Assembly (NCBI GenBank): GCA_013265495.1
Contig: MU058337.1
Span: forward strand, 5,872,716 to 5,936,715
Direction of reading: 5' to 3'
Length of the DNA: 64,000 nucleotides
Source: Vicugna vicugna
Lineage: Eukaryota
Shown: positions 37,475 to 50,766 of the stretch, piece after piece
How positions within the stretch are numbered: position 1 is the first letter of the stretch
Layout of the letters: each line of letters opens with the position of its first letter
Program-made: the position numbers and the translations under genes
Notes under the pieces: generated by a model
Seen by the model: only the letters and a program-made list of their open reading frames with translations
Databases searched by the model: none
Told to the model about the DNA's origin: nothing

Positions 37475-40400
37475 GTCTGAACTATCATTAGCACCTCTCA
37501 TGTGGATGACTGCAGTGATCATATAAACAATTTCCTGGTCTCCACAACTAGTCCCCTATGTGCCATCCTACCCACAGCAGTGGTTTTAAATCACATCATA
37601 CCATTCTTTTATTCAAGACCCTCCAAAAGCTTCACAATAGGAATCAAATAAAAACCAAACTCTCTGGCCTACAAAGACCCTGTATGATCTGGTCCCTTCC
37701 TATCTTTTTCCACTCTCCTAACTATACTAGAGACACTGGCCTGCCTTCTGACTTACACACTAAAATTGTTCCTGTCTCAGGGCATTTGCACATGCCATTC
37801 CTTCTACATGGGACTTCCTTCCCCCAGGTTTTTGCATGGCTTCCTTCTTTTCCTCATAGGTCTCAGCTCAGTGTTAGCTATTCAGCTATCCTAACAACTC
37901 TACCTAAAGCCACCTCCTCTAATCACCTTCTATTAATTATCTTGTCACAGTCTTGATTGACCATCTTAGTATTCAAATTACCTTTTTTATGTGTTTATGT
38001 GTTTGGTATCTACATCCCCCTCCTGTAATGTAGGTCTTGGTCACTGCTGTATCTCCAGAGTCTAGAACACTGCCTCCGTCATATTGGAATTACTTTCTAT
38101 GTAAGGGACATTAAAATATATATATAATAGTTCCTTTTCCTAATGCTACAAGGGTTGGACTGATTCCCAGGCAAATAGAAGTAATTTTGCAATATGAAAA
38201 ATGTAAACAGGTTTAGAAACTTATATTTTCACATTAAAGATACAATTAAATTATAACAATGAATATGTAGACCATAGATATAAGTACCAATAAGTTGCCC
38301 TTAACTTTGCGTTCAAATTTAAAGCAGCTTAAAAATACATATATAATAAGTATCAGACTTTTTTTTCCCCACCACAATTACCACAGTCTGTACACTTGCA
38401 CTGAGAAAGAAAGAACCCAAACCTGACACAGCTTAGCAATCAGAACTGATGTGAAAAAAAGGGGAGTAAAATTTCATTCAAAACTGGAATTTACTTCTGT
38501 GCAGGAAACAGGAATACACACTTTTCCCACAGTCTAGGATCAAGACAATTCAGTTTTAGAATCCACAAAGAACAAAGTACTCAATGCATACAATGAATCT
38601 GAGGCATGCCAAAACAAATATGAACTGACCACTTGAAAAGCTAATAACAAAAAGGAAAGTAAAATAAAAATTAAAACTTTCACTTTCACGAAATATACTC
38701 CATCCTTACTAAAATATTTTCTCCAAATATTTTACCCCTTTTCCTATTTTAAGTAGCACTTCATAGCTAGATAAAAAGTCCTTCTTTTCTGATTTTATAG
38801 TCTGCTCCAACATTTATAAAATATACTCATTTTTCTTTCTTTAAGGAAAAGAGTATTTAAGAAGCAAGACTTAATCAACAAAATAATTACAACATTTGTT
38901 AGAATCAAATTCACACAAAATTAGCAAGATTGCTCACTCAGAAAAAAGCAAAAACATTCACAAAATAAAATGTTCCAAAAATAACTCCCTAAAATCAGAG
39001 ACAATTTCACCTTTGAAAATAATCTCACTGAACAGTAAGAGGAAGAAATAGTAATAGTTTTCTTTCTCCCCCTCACTGATCTCCGACTTGATAACACGTT
39101 TGAAAGGCCATTACTCCAGGATTTGACTTATCGGTCTCCAGTGCAGCTGCTTGTGCCATTTTCCATGTTTACTATAATCAGTGTTTATACTATGCAAAAT
39201 CCTCTTCTTCTGGCAGCTACTAAAACATAATTTTCTAGTTAACAGATAGTGGAGGAGAAAAAAGTATGTGTGTATGTTGGGGGAGGGGATTCAGAAAGAC
39301 ATTTTCCCATTACATTTCATTTTTAAAAGCAACTCTAAATCATAAACACATGCCACTAGAGACAGGAAAATGGCTAAGCTTCCAGACTACATGACAAAAG
39401 CAGGTAGACTCGCATCAAAATTAATATTTTAAATTATAGTTGCAAATACATCCTAGCTGTTAAATAGTGATTACATTTTGTGAAGCACAGTGAAAGGCGT
39501 TATTTCTGTTCTACTGGTGGGCTTGTTTCTAAGATGTGTAACTGTAATTGATGTTTTCAGGAATGTGAAAAGGAGATGGTTAATAATTACTCTTTCATTT
39601 CCTACTTCTTTAGAAAAAAATACCAACCTCTACTTATTCTAAGTTATATATTTATATATCCTATACATCCTAAATAGATGGTTTCAGATTACATTTGATG
39701 ACTCTAGAGTAATCGCATGCATATAGTACAAAATAGCAGCTAATTACTTCTAAGGAGGTGGGGGTGGGGAGAAACATCTAAAAAACACAGGAAACATTTC
39801 TTTTGGGAGTAAAAACATAAGATGATTACTTCCAAATCCACTTTTTTTGTACTGGCGAAGTATAAGCAAAAATGTAAGCTACTTCATTTAATTTTTTAAT
39901 TAAAATATTATTAACATATTTGTTTTATTTTAGCATCTATACACATTTATTATGATTAAAATTAAGTTTGTTCTCAGAAACTGTGGAAGTTATTTTAATC
40001 TGAAAAACAGAAAAATGGAAATAAGATTTTTACCCCCTGAAGTGGTGAGAAAATCCATTCATTTCCTTCAAAAATAGAAAGTCAAGGTTAAATTTTAAAA
40101 GTCGATTCAAATTCTGTGTGGACAAGCACTTGCAAATATATCACAGATAGTTACACAATCTGCAAACACGATAACATCTCTTCTATTATATTCATGTGCT
40201 TGTATAATATTCTATATTACAAAGGCCCACTGAGCATTTTAAGTTATCATGTTATATAATCTATTTAACACTGCAATCAATTCACAAGTAATCCATTTAA
40301 TCTGGTATTCTGTAGTAAATAACATGAGATTCATGTGACACTATTCCAAATTTGTCTGCTTTAACATAGAAAATTAGTTCCACTTGGTTGAATATCAATG

Positions 40401-41499
40401 ACCTATTCAATGCAGAACGTAATAGTGCTGCAATCAGCTTTGCACTGTTATCTATAATAAATTTATCTTCTCTTGGAAATATTTAAGCAAGAATATGAGA
40501 AATAAAAAGAAAAAAAGCCTTCAAAGGTACACTATGAATAGCTTCACATCACGCAAATGCGGAAATTGTTAGACCTTAGCAGGATCTCAAGATATTTTCA
40601 AAAGTATTTAGCTACTCTTCAGGCCTGTGGACAACCTGCTGTGAGCAGGTGGAGAGAAGAAATCGTGCCATACAAAGAAACAGGCCAGTAGCAGTTAGTC
40701 GGCTTGCTTGCAAATGTTCAAACAACATGACTGTGCAAAATGAAAATCTAGTATGTAAAATGCTAACGAGAAACAATATATTAAATCCCAGCAGACAAAT
40801 ATTGTAAGGAATCGAAAACTATTTGAGTTGTTCAAAGTGAAACTGAAGAGTCTCTTCAAGGTTAAAAAAAATCACTTCATAGGACTAAAGTATAGTCAGG
40901 CAATAATAAAAAAGTCCTATTCATCCAGCATGTTCCATAGCATGAAGGTACCAGGATGTGCAAAAAGCAGTGAGCTTAACACGTATAGAACAGTGAATCT
41001 TTTGTTTTGTTTCAACACTTTTAATTATGCTCCATGCAGGAAATCACTCCACTTTTTAGAAATGGTTCTGATTTTTGTTAAACTTCTAAATTAAAAATTT
41101 TAAAGGTTGTCAACTAGATGGGAAATTCATCTTCTTTTTAAAATGAATTTAATTCATCTATTCCTAATTTTACATGCTAAAAACCAAAACCGTAGATGAC
41201 ACAAGAGGGACTTTAAAATGTGGCTTTTTTCCATAAAAATGTGTTTTCTTCTTCTATAAACACTCTGATTTACAAACGGTTTTGTTTGTGAGCTGTCTAA
41301 CTAGCTACACACGGCTAATGAGAACTTGAAATGTGACTAATGCAACTGAGAAACTGAATTCACAATTTTATTTAAATTTAAATACAGAAGCAGTGTCATA
41401 TATTTTCTCTTTTAAGCACAATTTCATTGTTTTGGTACATTTCACTGCAGTCATTCCATCACTTGTGTTACTGCTGTCATACACATAGGCGTATGTTTC

Positions 41500-41680
41500 G
41501 TTCCTGGTATCACAGTAATAATTTTTTAATGTTGTTTCATGTAGAAATGCTAACATTTTGGATATACTGGGTTAAATAAAATGGACTAGTAAAACGAATT
41601 TCACTTGTTCTTACTTTCTTAATATGGCTGCTAAGAAACATAAAGCTGCAAGTATGACTCAGATTTCCATTGGACAATCT
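41500..41680. mobile_element. MER33/MER3-like hAT fragment
   Basis: cattttggatatactgggttaaataaaat...aatttcacttgttcttactttcttaatatggctgcta...ccattggaca. Confidence 0.75.
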
Positions 41681-43869
41681 GTTTCATTCTGCAATTTTTT
41701 ACTTTGATAATTTGGAAATTAGAATATAACTTTCTACAAAAGAATGAGAAAACATTGTTAGTTTCTCAGATTATACCATTAATACATCTTTTTAAAAAGC
41801 ATTACCCATCGACCTGACATTTGTAATGAAAACAGTAGGAAGGTGCCAGCATATAACCAACAGTAAAAAAGAAAATAAATATGAAATAGTATCAAATACT
41901 ATAGTATTTGAGGAAAAAATGGTTTCATTATTAGATGAAGAAATAGATAGAAAGCTTTTTAAAATTCTAAAGAGGGCTTTTAAACATCTTCAAAAGGTTT
42001 CAATGTTTATGTCCCCAGTTCTCGGTTATAAATGATTCCATTTCAAAATATATGACCTCCTCCTCAAGTCAGATGCATCACTAGCTCTATACTTAGAGTT
42101 ATTAATAAAGATTCAAATTTGTGTCCAAGAGTGTGACCTCCCTGAAGTCAGAAGAGAAAAAGACGATAGCAGCTATGTGGGTATACTGGAGTAAGAGGTC
42201 AGAACTGGGCAATAAATAATTAGTGACACTGGGGAGAGGGAGGGCAAACCATGTGTGTGCAAACCCCTGAGAGAGAGGAAATAAGGAGTGGCCTGAGGCA
42301 GGCCTTTTTCTATACCTGCCAATACCCATCAATAGGTGGCACCGTGAGCCTTCAACAGCTCAGGTGCTCCCCACAGCAAAAGAAGGCAAACAGGAAAGAC
42401 ATGTACTTGACTCAAAAGAACCGTGCTTGATAAGCAAGATGTTTCTGTGGGCAGGTCCGTGGGAGCCCTCTTGTTCTTTGCTCTCACAGAAATGACCGTG
42501 ATTCTGCATCTGCAGAGATCAACCAGTCATGTTATCTAAAAGGATCTGGAGTTTGTAAATGTTGGAAGATCAGGAATTAAGGATTAGAACTGATAAAATG
42601 GCTAAGAAGGCTATCTTGTGAACATAGCTTAATTAGATGAAGGCTTACAAGAAAAAAGTCTAAATCTAAAAATGAAGATATAGATAAGAAAGATCTATTT
42701 CTGAGATTACAGAAATGCAAGATGACTATCTATTCATCCATCCACTCAGTCATTCATCCAGCTTCTACATGGACCAGGAACTCAACAAGACAGTGGGAAT
42801 TCAAGGTTAAATCAAAACTGAAACAGATAATTTAGATCAATTAAAAGAAGTCAGTAATCTATAAAATTCACTATCCAAATAGTTGTACATGCCAAAATAC
42901 AGTTTATTTTTAAAGAAATTAATGGATACTATTAAGCTCATGAGGCTTACCAATGAAAACCAGGAAAGTCAACAGACAATGTAATCTGATTGGCTAAATA
43001 GAGAGCTAATTACTAAAGCAAAGGTATGCTTCCTCCTCAAGAATTTCATCATCTAATCAGATACAGATGTTAAGTGCTACTTTTCATGTCATCATAGGGA
43101 TTCAGCAATAAAACTAAATAGGTGCTAAATACCCACATATCCTTAAGGAAGATGCTCGACTAAGCTACCTAGTAGGACATGCAAAGAAGCTGTGAAACCA
43201 GCAATTGCCCATTCCCACCTTAGGGGACTATGAACGAAGTTAAAATTAACTAGAGGAGGTAGAATTCTTAGGCTAAGAATTCAAGGTTGACCACTTTAAG
43301 CTAAGCGAAAGGATTTCATGAGAATCTCTTGGTTTTCTATGTCTGCTGGATTCTGAGGGACACCTAAAGAAGATAAGCAATGCTTCTGGGACAGAGAAAG
43401 AAGAGTTTGGTGAGGCAAGGATTTAAAACTATTTCTTGTGGCCCTGATGTGGATCATGGAGAAGAGAGACCCAGAGACCCTGCCTAAGAGGCACATCTGG
43501 AGGGACAGGCATCAGGAAAAGTCAGAGCAGCCGTTCAAGGTTCTGCAGGTGAGGAATTCCCCCAGACTCACAGAAATGTCCTTGAAGACACCAGTCAGCC
43601 CTGGACATCGGTCATGCCTCCAAAGAAAGAATACAGATTACATCTACCTCGGTCAGCCTAGCTCCTCCAGCCATGAACCGCTCCTCCATACTCTCTACTG
43701 CAACTCTGGAGAGACCCATAACAGCAGCTAAGAAGTGGGAGAGGACATAAAGCAAGAAGGAAGAAGATAACCCTCTCATCTTCACTAGAAACATCTCTCA
43801 GTCTGAGAAATTTCACCAGTTTCTATCAGGAGAGGTTTTACCAGTTTTAACAATACAGTGAGCTAAACT

Positions 43870-44020
43870 TTTATTTGTATTTGTTTATTTATTTATTTTT
43901 GGTCGGGGAAGGTAATTAGGTTTATTTATTTATTTATTCTTAGAGGAGGTGCTGGGGAGTGAACCCAAGACCTCATGCACGCTAAGCATGCACGCTACCA
44001 CTTGAGCTATACCCTCCCTC
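43870..44020 (-). mobile_element. tRNA-derived SINE (camelid type)
   Basis: Reverse complement reads GGGAGGGTATAGCTCAAGTGGTAGCGTGCATGCTTAGCGTGCATGAGGTCTTGGGTTCACTCCCCAGCACCTCC plus (AAAT)n and AACCTAATTACC. Confidence 0.92.
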
Positions 44021-44309
44021 CACAGTGAACAAGATTTTTGAATACACTCTCTCCCAAATAGAATATTACTTGCTTATTACCTGGTAGCAACTTTACAGGC
44101 TGTGAGAATTGTGAATGCCTGCAGGGGAGGAAAGAATAAGTTGAGAGAATGAGTTTGAGAGAACAGTTGTAAGGAAGTTGCTTCTACTGGCACTAAGAAG
44201 TTCCTTTTACGCAGTGAACTGGTTACACAGTAAAACAGATAAGGAAATGGCAAGTATTGGGAAGTACCCTGATCACTTTTTAAATAACTATCTAAATAAA
44301 TTCTGTTCC

Positions 44310-44670
44310 ATGATGAGATACCACTTCACAACCATCAGGGCAGCTATTACAGAAATAACAGCCCCAGCAACCAGAAAATAACAGGTGTCGGTGAAAATGT
44401 GGAGAAATTAGAATCCTTGTGTGTTGCTGGTGGGACTGTAAAATGATGCAGCTGCTGTGGAGAACAGAAGAGAGGGTCTTCAAAAAATTAAACCAAAATT
44501 ACTATATGATCTAGCTACTCCAGTTGTGGGTATATACCCAAAAGAACTAAAAGCAGGCAGACCAGAAGGGATATTTGTACACCCATGTTCATAGCAGCAC
44601 TATTCACAACAGCCAAAAGGTAGAAACAATCCGAATGTCCATCAACAAATGAATGGATAAACAAAATGCA

Positions 44671-44705
<35 letters not shown>

Positions 44706-45145
44706 TACATACATACACACACATATACATACACACATGCAATGGAATATTATTCAGTCATAAAAAGGAATGAAATTCTGACACACGCCACAACATGGAT
44801 AAACCTTGTTTACTATGAAGACACTATGCTAAGTGAAATAAGTGAGTCACAAGAGTACAAATACTATATGAATCCACTGATGTGAGGTACCTAGAGTTGT
44901 TAAATTCACAGAGACAGAAAGCAGAATGGAGGTTGCCAGGCACTGCGGGGTGGAGGGAGCAGGGTTACTGTTTCACGGGAACAGAGCTTCAGTTTGGGAT
45001 GATGAAAAAGTTACAGAGCTGGATAGCGGTAGTCGTTGCACAACAATAAGAATGTACTTAATGCCACTGAACTATACACTTAAAATTGGTTAAAATGGTA
45101 AACTTTATATTTTATAATTTATGTACGTCTTACCACAATTTAAAA
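44310..45145 (+). mobile_element. L1MA/MB ORF2 end and 3'UTR with an internal (TG)n/(TACA)n tract at 44671-44738
   Basis: atgagataccacttcaca...cccatgttcatagcagcactattcacaacagccaaaaggtagaaacaa...ccactgaactatacacttaaaa. Confidence 0.93.
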
Positions 45146-46129
45146 TTTTCTGTTAAGGCTACAAAACAGTGTTGAAGAAATAAAAATCTAACAAAGGTGC
45201 AGCAGATTTAACCTCAGACTGGCCTAGAACTCCGACTTCCTATGTTTTGTTTCTGATTTTAGAAGCTGGTAGATGACTGGTGGCCCCCTGCGCAAAAGCA
45301 CAGAACGCGAGGCCCACTTTCAGCGCCTTGCTTCCAAGAGGACAGCCCTTCCTAATGATGGGCAAGGCCAATGAAACACAAGCAAAAGAAAAATGGCCAA
45401 AGCAGGGGCCCAGTGTTTATTGGAGACAGGGTTTTGTGGTCGCTGCGGTACCCGACCCCATCATAGAGAATTCAACAAACTGTACCACGTTCTCATCGTC
45501 AGCTTCTCCCAACCCCAAGCCCTCATGTCTGCACACTGCCAGCACCTCGTTTCAGATCCACTACCTCATGAGTGAAGTACTGTGAACATCTTCTAAATGA
45601 ACTTCTTCCCCTTCCCTCCCTTAACCCTTCTTTTATTATGAAGACACACCAACTTCCCACAACCGCATTTTGATGGACATTGCTTTTCTCTGCAAAAACA
45701 TTTCAATGGCATCTCCACTGGTGACTGAAAAGCACAGACTCTTTCCATTCATAACTTGTCTCCTCCAATCTATTTTCCACGCTCAGCTTGCATAACTTCC
45801 CTACTTGAATGCTTCCCAATTCACCTCCCATTTCATGAACATGCTTTTCTAAGGTGTGTCTCAAGTAGCATCTGATACACTCGGCCTGCAAAACACACAC
45901 ACAAACACACATCCTCTTTAAGTGCCTACGGATTCCCCAGAGAAAATGACAAATGAAAGGGAGTAACTGAGAGAGCTCATGAAAGCAAATACAGTGACTA
46001 GAGTTTCATATTAAGGAAAAAGTCACCTTTTTGCTTATAATTGATTGAGAAATACTTCATAGAAACAACAAACCTTTTAAAGAATTTTGGAGTTGTAAAG
46101 GTGAGGAGGTAGCAAGCTAGTAAGGGGGA

Positions 46130-47650
46130 GAACACATGAACTACACACAGTGCTGGCACAACTTGCTATCTGTATTTTAAAAAGTAAAACTGGATCTTAA
46201 TTCACACTATACACAAAAATCAATCCCAGAGGGATTAAGGATTTAAATGTGAAAAAGCACAACATAAAAGATTTAAAGGAAAATACAGGCAAGTACCTTT
46301 ATAAGCTGGAGAGAAGAGGGTTGTTTAAACAAATACAAAATACACAAAACATGTAAGATTGAAAATTCTAATACTAAATCTCTGACTTAAAACTTCACTT
46401 GTTTAACTCAAAAAGGTAAAAATACAAGCTACAAACTGGAAGAGGTTCTCTGTAACTGACAAAGGGTCAGGATCTACAAAATAGGAAGAACTTTCATGAA
46501 TCAGTAAGGAAAAAACAAACAATTAAAAAAATGGGCAAAGGCCATGAACAGGCACTTTGCAGAAGAGAAAACAGGACTTTCAACAAATATATTTTTTAGA
46601 TGCTCACTGTCATTATTAAACAAGGAAATACAAACATTAAAACCAAAGAGATATACCATTTAAATCTACCAGGCAGAAAAAACCTCAGTCGGTTGGATAC
46701 CAAGGGTTCACTAGGACATAATTGTTAAGGGCGCAGACCCCTGGGTTCAAATTCTGGCTCTTCCATTTACTTGCAGAATGCCTTGGGCAAACACTTTAGC
46801 CTCTACAAGCCTCAGTTTCTCCAAATGTAAAATGAGAAATAATACTAGCACATATCTCATTGAACTGCTGTGAGGATTAAATAAATTAATATGAAGAAGT
46901 TCTTAGAAGAGTCAGTGCCTGACACAGTAAGTATACAATAAAGTTAGCTCATTATTCATATCATTAATACCATCATCTCCATCACTACTGGTAGCAGGTA
47001 AACTGGTATAGCAATACAGGAAAAGCCATTTGGCATCACCAAGTAGGACTAAGGAAGCATGTTACGTACAACCCAGCCATTCCACTGGTATCTTCCATGA
47101 AGAAATACTTATTTCAAGAGGAAATATCTAGTAGAAAAATGCTCACAGAAGCATTGTTTGTGATAACAAAATAAATAACACAAATGTCTATCTTGGGAAG
47201 AAAAAATAAACAAATTGTGGTATATTAATATGATTTAATAACACATAGCATGGAAATAAATAAACTAAAGTGCATGCATCAGCACAGACCAAACTCACAA
47301 ACATAACACTGGAGGAAAAAGCAACTTAAAGAGGCACAGAGAGTAAGGTGCCATTTACATCAAGTTCAAGAATCCACATAGCTAAACAGTACATTGTTTT
47401 CAGTTTTATTGTATCTGTAAATATCCCTAAGAACAGGCAGTGATAAGTTTAAAAATCGGGATGGTGGTTGCCCCTAGGGGCAGGCAGAAGGAGGGCTTAA
47501 TCAGCGGCACACAGAGGGAAGTCAATAGCATGGGCGAGGTTTCCCTGTTTAATCTGCATGGTGGATAAACAGATTCAGCTGAGTTATTCTTTATCTCTTA
47601 TACAATTAATACATGTTACTTTGTGTATACAAACTGTTCTAATAATAAAC
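46130..47650 (+). mobile_element. Old L1ME-like ORF2/3' remnant interrupted by a MIR (about 46720-46955)
   Basis: aaaaaatgggcaaaggccatgaacaggcactttgcagaagag; MIR core ctgggttcaaattctggctc...gcctcagtttctccaaatgtaaaatgag. Confidence 0.8.
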
Positions 47651-48309
47651 AGTTTAAACGTATGTACAAAAATCCAGGGGAAAAAGAACAGCAGTTATTA
47701 CTGCAAAATCACTCTTGAAAAATAACTGTGGCAAAACCCATCCCATAGTTCTTCTCTGAATTTACCATAAACAAGTGCAGGAGAAATGCAAACACATTTT
47801 CAAAGCTATTTGTTTAGAGGCACTGAGCTGAAACTGGGGCAACGCAGCCCCGGAAGTCAGCGTGGAGGGAAAGGGGGTGAGGAATAAACCCTGATGACCT
47901 GCCCAGGCTTCAGGGCAGCGGCAAGAGAAGTCAACAGAGACCACTGTGAGGCCACCAGTTCTTCACGTCCCTTCCTCACACAGTGCTCTTCATCCTGGCT
48001 GCTGAGAGTACTTTCCAGGCAAAGTGACTTCCCATTTTTCTGATACCTCCTAACTTCTCTCTTTGCGTCCAGTCTCACTCTTCTTCGATCCACTCTCCGC
48101 AAGGCCACAAACAACAAAAAAAGTTCTTTCCAAACCCCAATGCTGTTCACATCATCACTTCCTTAGTTAAAACTCTTCCATGGGTCCCACTGGCCTAAGG
48201 ATAAAGCAGAACCTAAACTATGCAACTAACAAGGCCTCAAATGACTCGGCTCCCACTGCCTCACTTGGTTTATCACCCCCAACTCGCTCTCTGATTGCAG
48301 AGGGTTAAG

Positions 48310-48910
48310 GCGGTGGGTCTCAAACTGCGGCCACTGAACCGGCAGTGCCAGCATTACCCGGGCACCTAGAAACACACACCCAGCCCAGGCCTACTGAATC
48401 AGAGTAAACTCTGCCTGTGGGTCCAACAATCTGAGTTTTAACAACTCTTCTGCTGCTTCTGAAGCACACTAAAGTCTGAGCATCACTGGTTTAAAGCACA
48501 AATGGGAGGTAAATCAGCACGTGAAGAACTCTGCGGGAAAACTGAAGAGCGCTCTACAGCGCAGTGGCTGGCGGTATACACCCCAGGGTCACGTGCCGGG
48601 GTTCAGCTTTCCGCTCAGCTCCGCCCTAGCTGTGTGATCACAGGGAAGTGGCTTGTCTGCCTCAGCACAGCATCATAGTGAAGAAGCACAGACCCCACCC
48701 CAAGGCCGCGTGCATTTCAGCCTGGCTCCCCCCACGAGCTGCGTGGCTCCGAGCAGGCCATGTAACTTTCTCTGGGCCTCGGTTACTTCATTCACAAAAG
48801 TATAAACAATAGTACCTACTTCATACAGCTGATGTGAAGATGAAATGAGTTAATATATGTATCATGCTTAGAATTGTACCTGTTACACATTAAGCACTGT
48901 GTGTTACTTA
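48310..48910. mobile_element. MER5A MITE (about 48310-48488) followed by MIR fragments
   Basis: cctactgaatcagag...aatctgagttttaacaa...aagtctgagcatcactg; later ctctgggcctcggttacttcattcacaaaa...tgtgaagatgaaatgagttaatata. Confidence 0.8.
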
Positions 48911-50667
48911 TTCTTACTACAACTGTTATTAATCTCATGGGGACCACATTATATTCTGAAGATTAAAGAGAGTCACACTGAATGCCAAACCCCACAGAAA
49001 GTACAGCTCATCTGTTCTAATGAGGAAAAACTTGCCTCGTCTTATTTTAGGGAAGTAACCTTTTTTTTTTTTTCCAGTATACCACTTACCTCTCTGAGTT
49101 TACTTTTATTTTCAATGATGAAGCACTTAACTGGAAGCAATGACCTTCTCTAAAGAGTCAAGGGGTCTGCCTTGAAGGGTCATTTATTTCACATTAATAC
49201 TTTTTTAAGCAAAGAACTTACAAGACTGAAAAGGGATTTACTGAGCATTATCCCCATGCTAGGGGAAATATTTCTGGGAATTATTCCAAATACATATCCA
49301 GTATTAATTTACCTACAGACTCTACACATAAAACTACCATTAAGACATCCATCTACACTGTCATTGAGAAGAACACTGAAAATACCAGGATCCGAAGATT
49401 TGTAAAGTAGGACTTTGTGTCTCTCTCCTCACTACCAAGAGGTCACTCTGTGTCCCCCAGACCAAAGCACATGATCGTCTGAGCCACAGCACATCCAGCG
49501 CAGAGTGTATTCTACTGAACATAAACAAGTATAGCAAAACCATGTTTTCTGAAGACATGAAAACTGGATCTCAGTGATATGAAATCATGAGGTGAAATTT
49601 TCCCAACGGTCTCCAAGTGTTTAACCTCATACTTAGAACATGAAAGAAAATATGAGAGAGAAAATATACTGGGGCAAGTTACAAAACCAAAGTCAAAACA
49701 GAGGGCTCATTACTGAGAGTTCAATGTTTCTTGGAACCATAAAGGTAATATACCAATTGAACCTGGCTTGGAATTTAAGTTATTAATATTTCCTGGGAGA
49801 ATTTGGAATCCTCTACCCCACAGTCTCCTATAAAAGTATACATGAATCTGGTAAACAGTAATCTTTATCTGTGATTTTCTTAATTTTGCTAGGTTTTAAA
49901 AGTAAGTTTCCTGTGAAAAATCAAGTTAAGGGAATGCAGATACATTTTCATAGAAAATAAAAAAGAATGAGCATTTAATGGTATGGAGGGTTTAGGATTT
50001 TTATTTGTATGACAGCCACATGTTCCGTGGCATTTTGCTGTGCTTTCCCTGGACCTCAGCTATGCAGTGAGGGGAAAGAATTTTGGCAGAATTCTCTCTT
50101 CATAGTTTTCCACTTTAAAACGGAGGACACTCATTATGAAGAACATTCAGTCAACTCTGGACTTCAAGGCATCTCCTCAATGCAATACATTTTATATTGG
50201 GGGGAAAGGTTAACAAAGTAAGATTATTTAATTTTTCAAAGGTATCACTGTGCTATGGCAAGTCAACCTGAATAGCCTGTGTCTCTGCTGATCTACTGTC
50301 ACACAATTTCAATTACAGAAGAAAGAAAGGTAACAAAGTCAGTCATATTTTACAACTAAAAACCCACAATAGCAGAGAAAACTGCTAAGCTTATAATATT
50401 TTTAGAAAAGCACACAGGATGCTTTATTTATAACAAACTAAAGCACACCGACCTCCCTGGATTGCCTGAAAAAGGAACACATTTATTCCCCAGAGTAAGA
50501 CTTAACTCAAGATCCTCTAAAATAAGAAAAATTATTTTCAACCATAAAATGTATAAGGTGGATAAAATGCAGCTTTTCCCTCCTATATCTGGATTAATCA
50601 CACAGGCAGTGGTAAGGACTGTGGGCTTGACGGAGCCCTGTAAGTAGTCACTCATCAGAACATTTAC

Positions 50668-50766
50668 CTGTATCGTCCTCTGAGTACCATCAACGTTGAC
50701 AGACAGTAAAGGCGAAGCCAGGTTCCACGTGCTGCTCACATTTAGTTTCGACCCATCAACTTCCAC
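50668..50766 (-). CDS. PCCA: PCCA internal coding exon, 99 bp, phase 0/0 (equivalent to human exon 20 by recall)
   Basis: Minus strand reads ...cacaacag|GTG GAA...ATA CAG|gtaaat and encodes [33 protein letters not shown]. This closely matches the recalled human PCCA segment [37 protein letters not shown] boundaries are canonical. Confidence 0.96.

Larger units (their letters stand above)
34090..38090. mobile_element. Long L2 remnant interrupted by L1 fragments (34590-36295) and a hAT element (36670-37474)
   Basis: L2-like text at 34250-34560, 36340-36669 (acttggatatctaatgcacat...catctccactgctacca) and 37483-38090 (cagggcatttgcacatgccattcctt...tctagaacactgcct). Confidence 0.7.
31577..50667 (-). 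other. PCCA: PCCA intron between the two exons (about 19.1 kb)
   Basis: GT at 50666-50667 and CAG at 31577-31579 on the minus strand; reading frames join in phase 0. Confidence 0.9.

Noticed and set aside
43280..44140. Possible ancient Gypsy-like LTR remnants (also about 27650-28080 and 7610-7800)
   Set aside because: The texture is suggestive, but I could not identify termini or diagnostic motifs, so they are not listed as features.
49084..49230. Strong cryptic donor GAG|GTAAGT on the PCCA strand
   Set aside because: Only mediocre upstream acceptors and no coding signal; consensus donors occur by chance at this scale.
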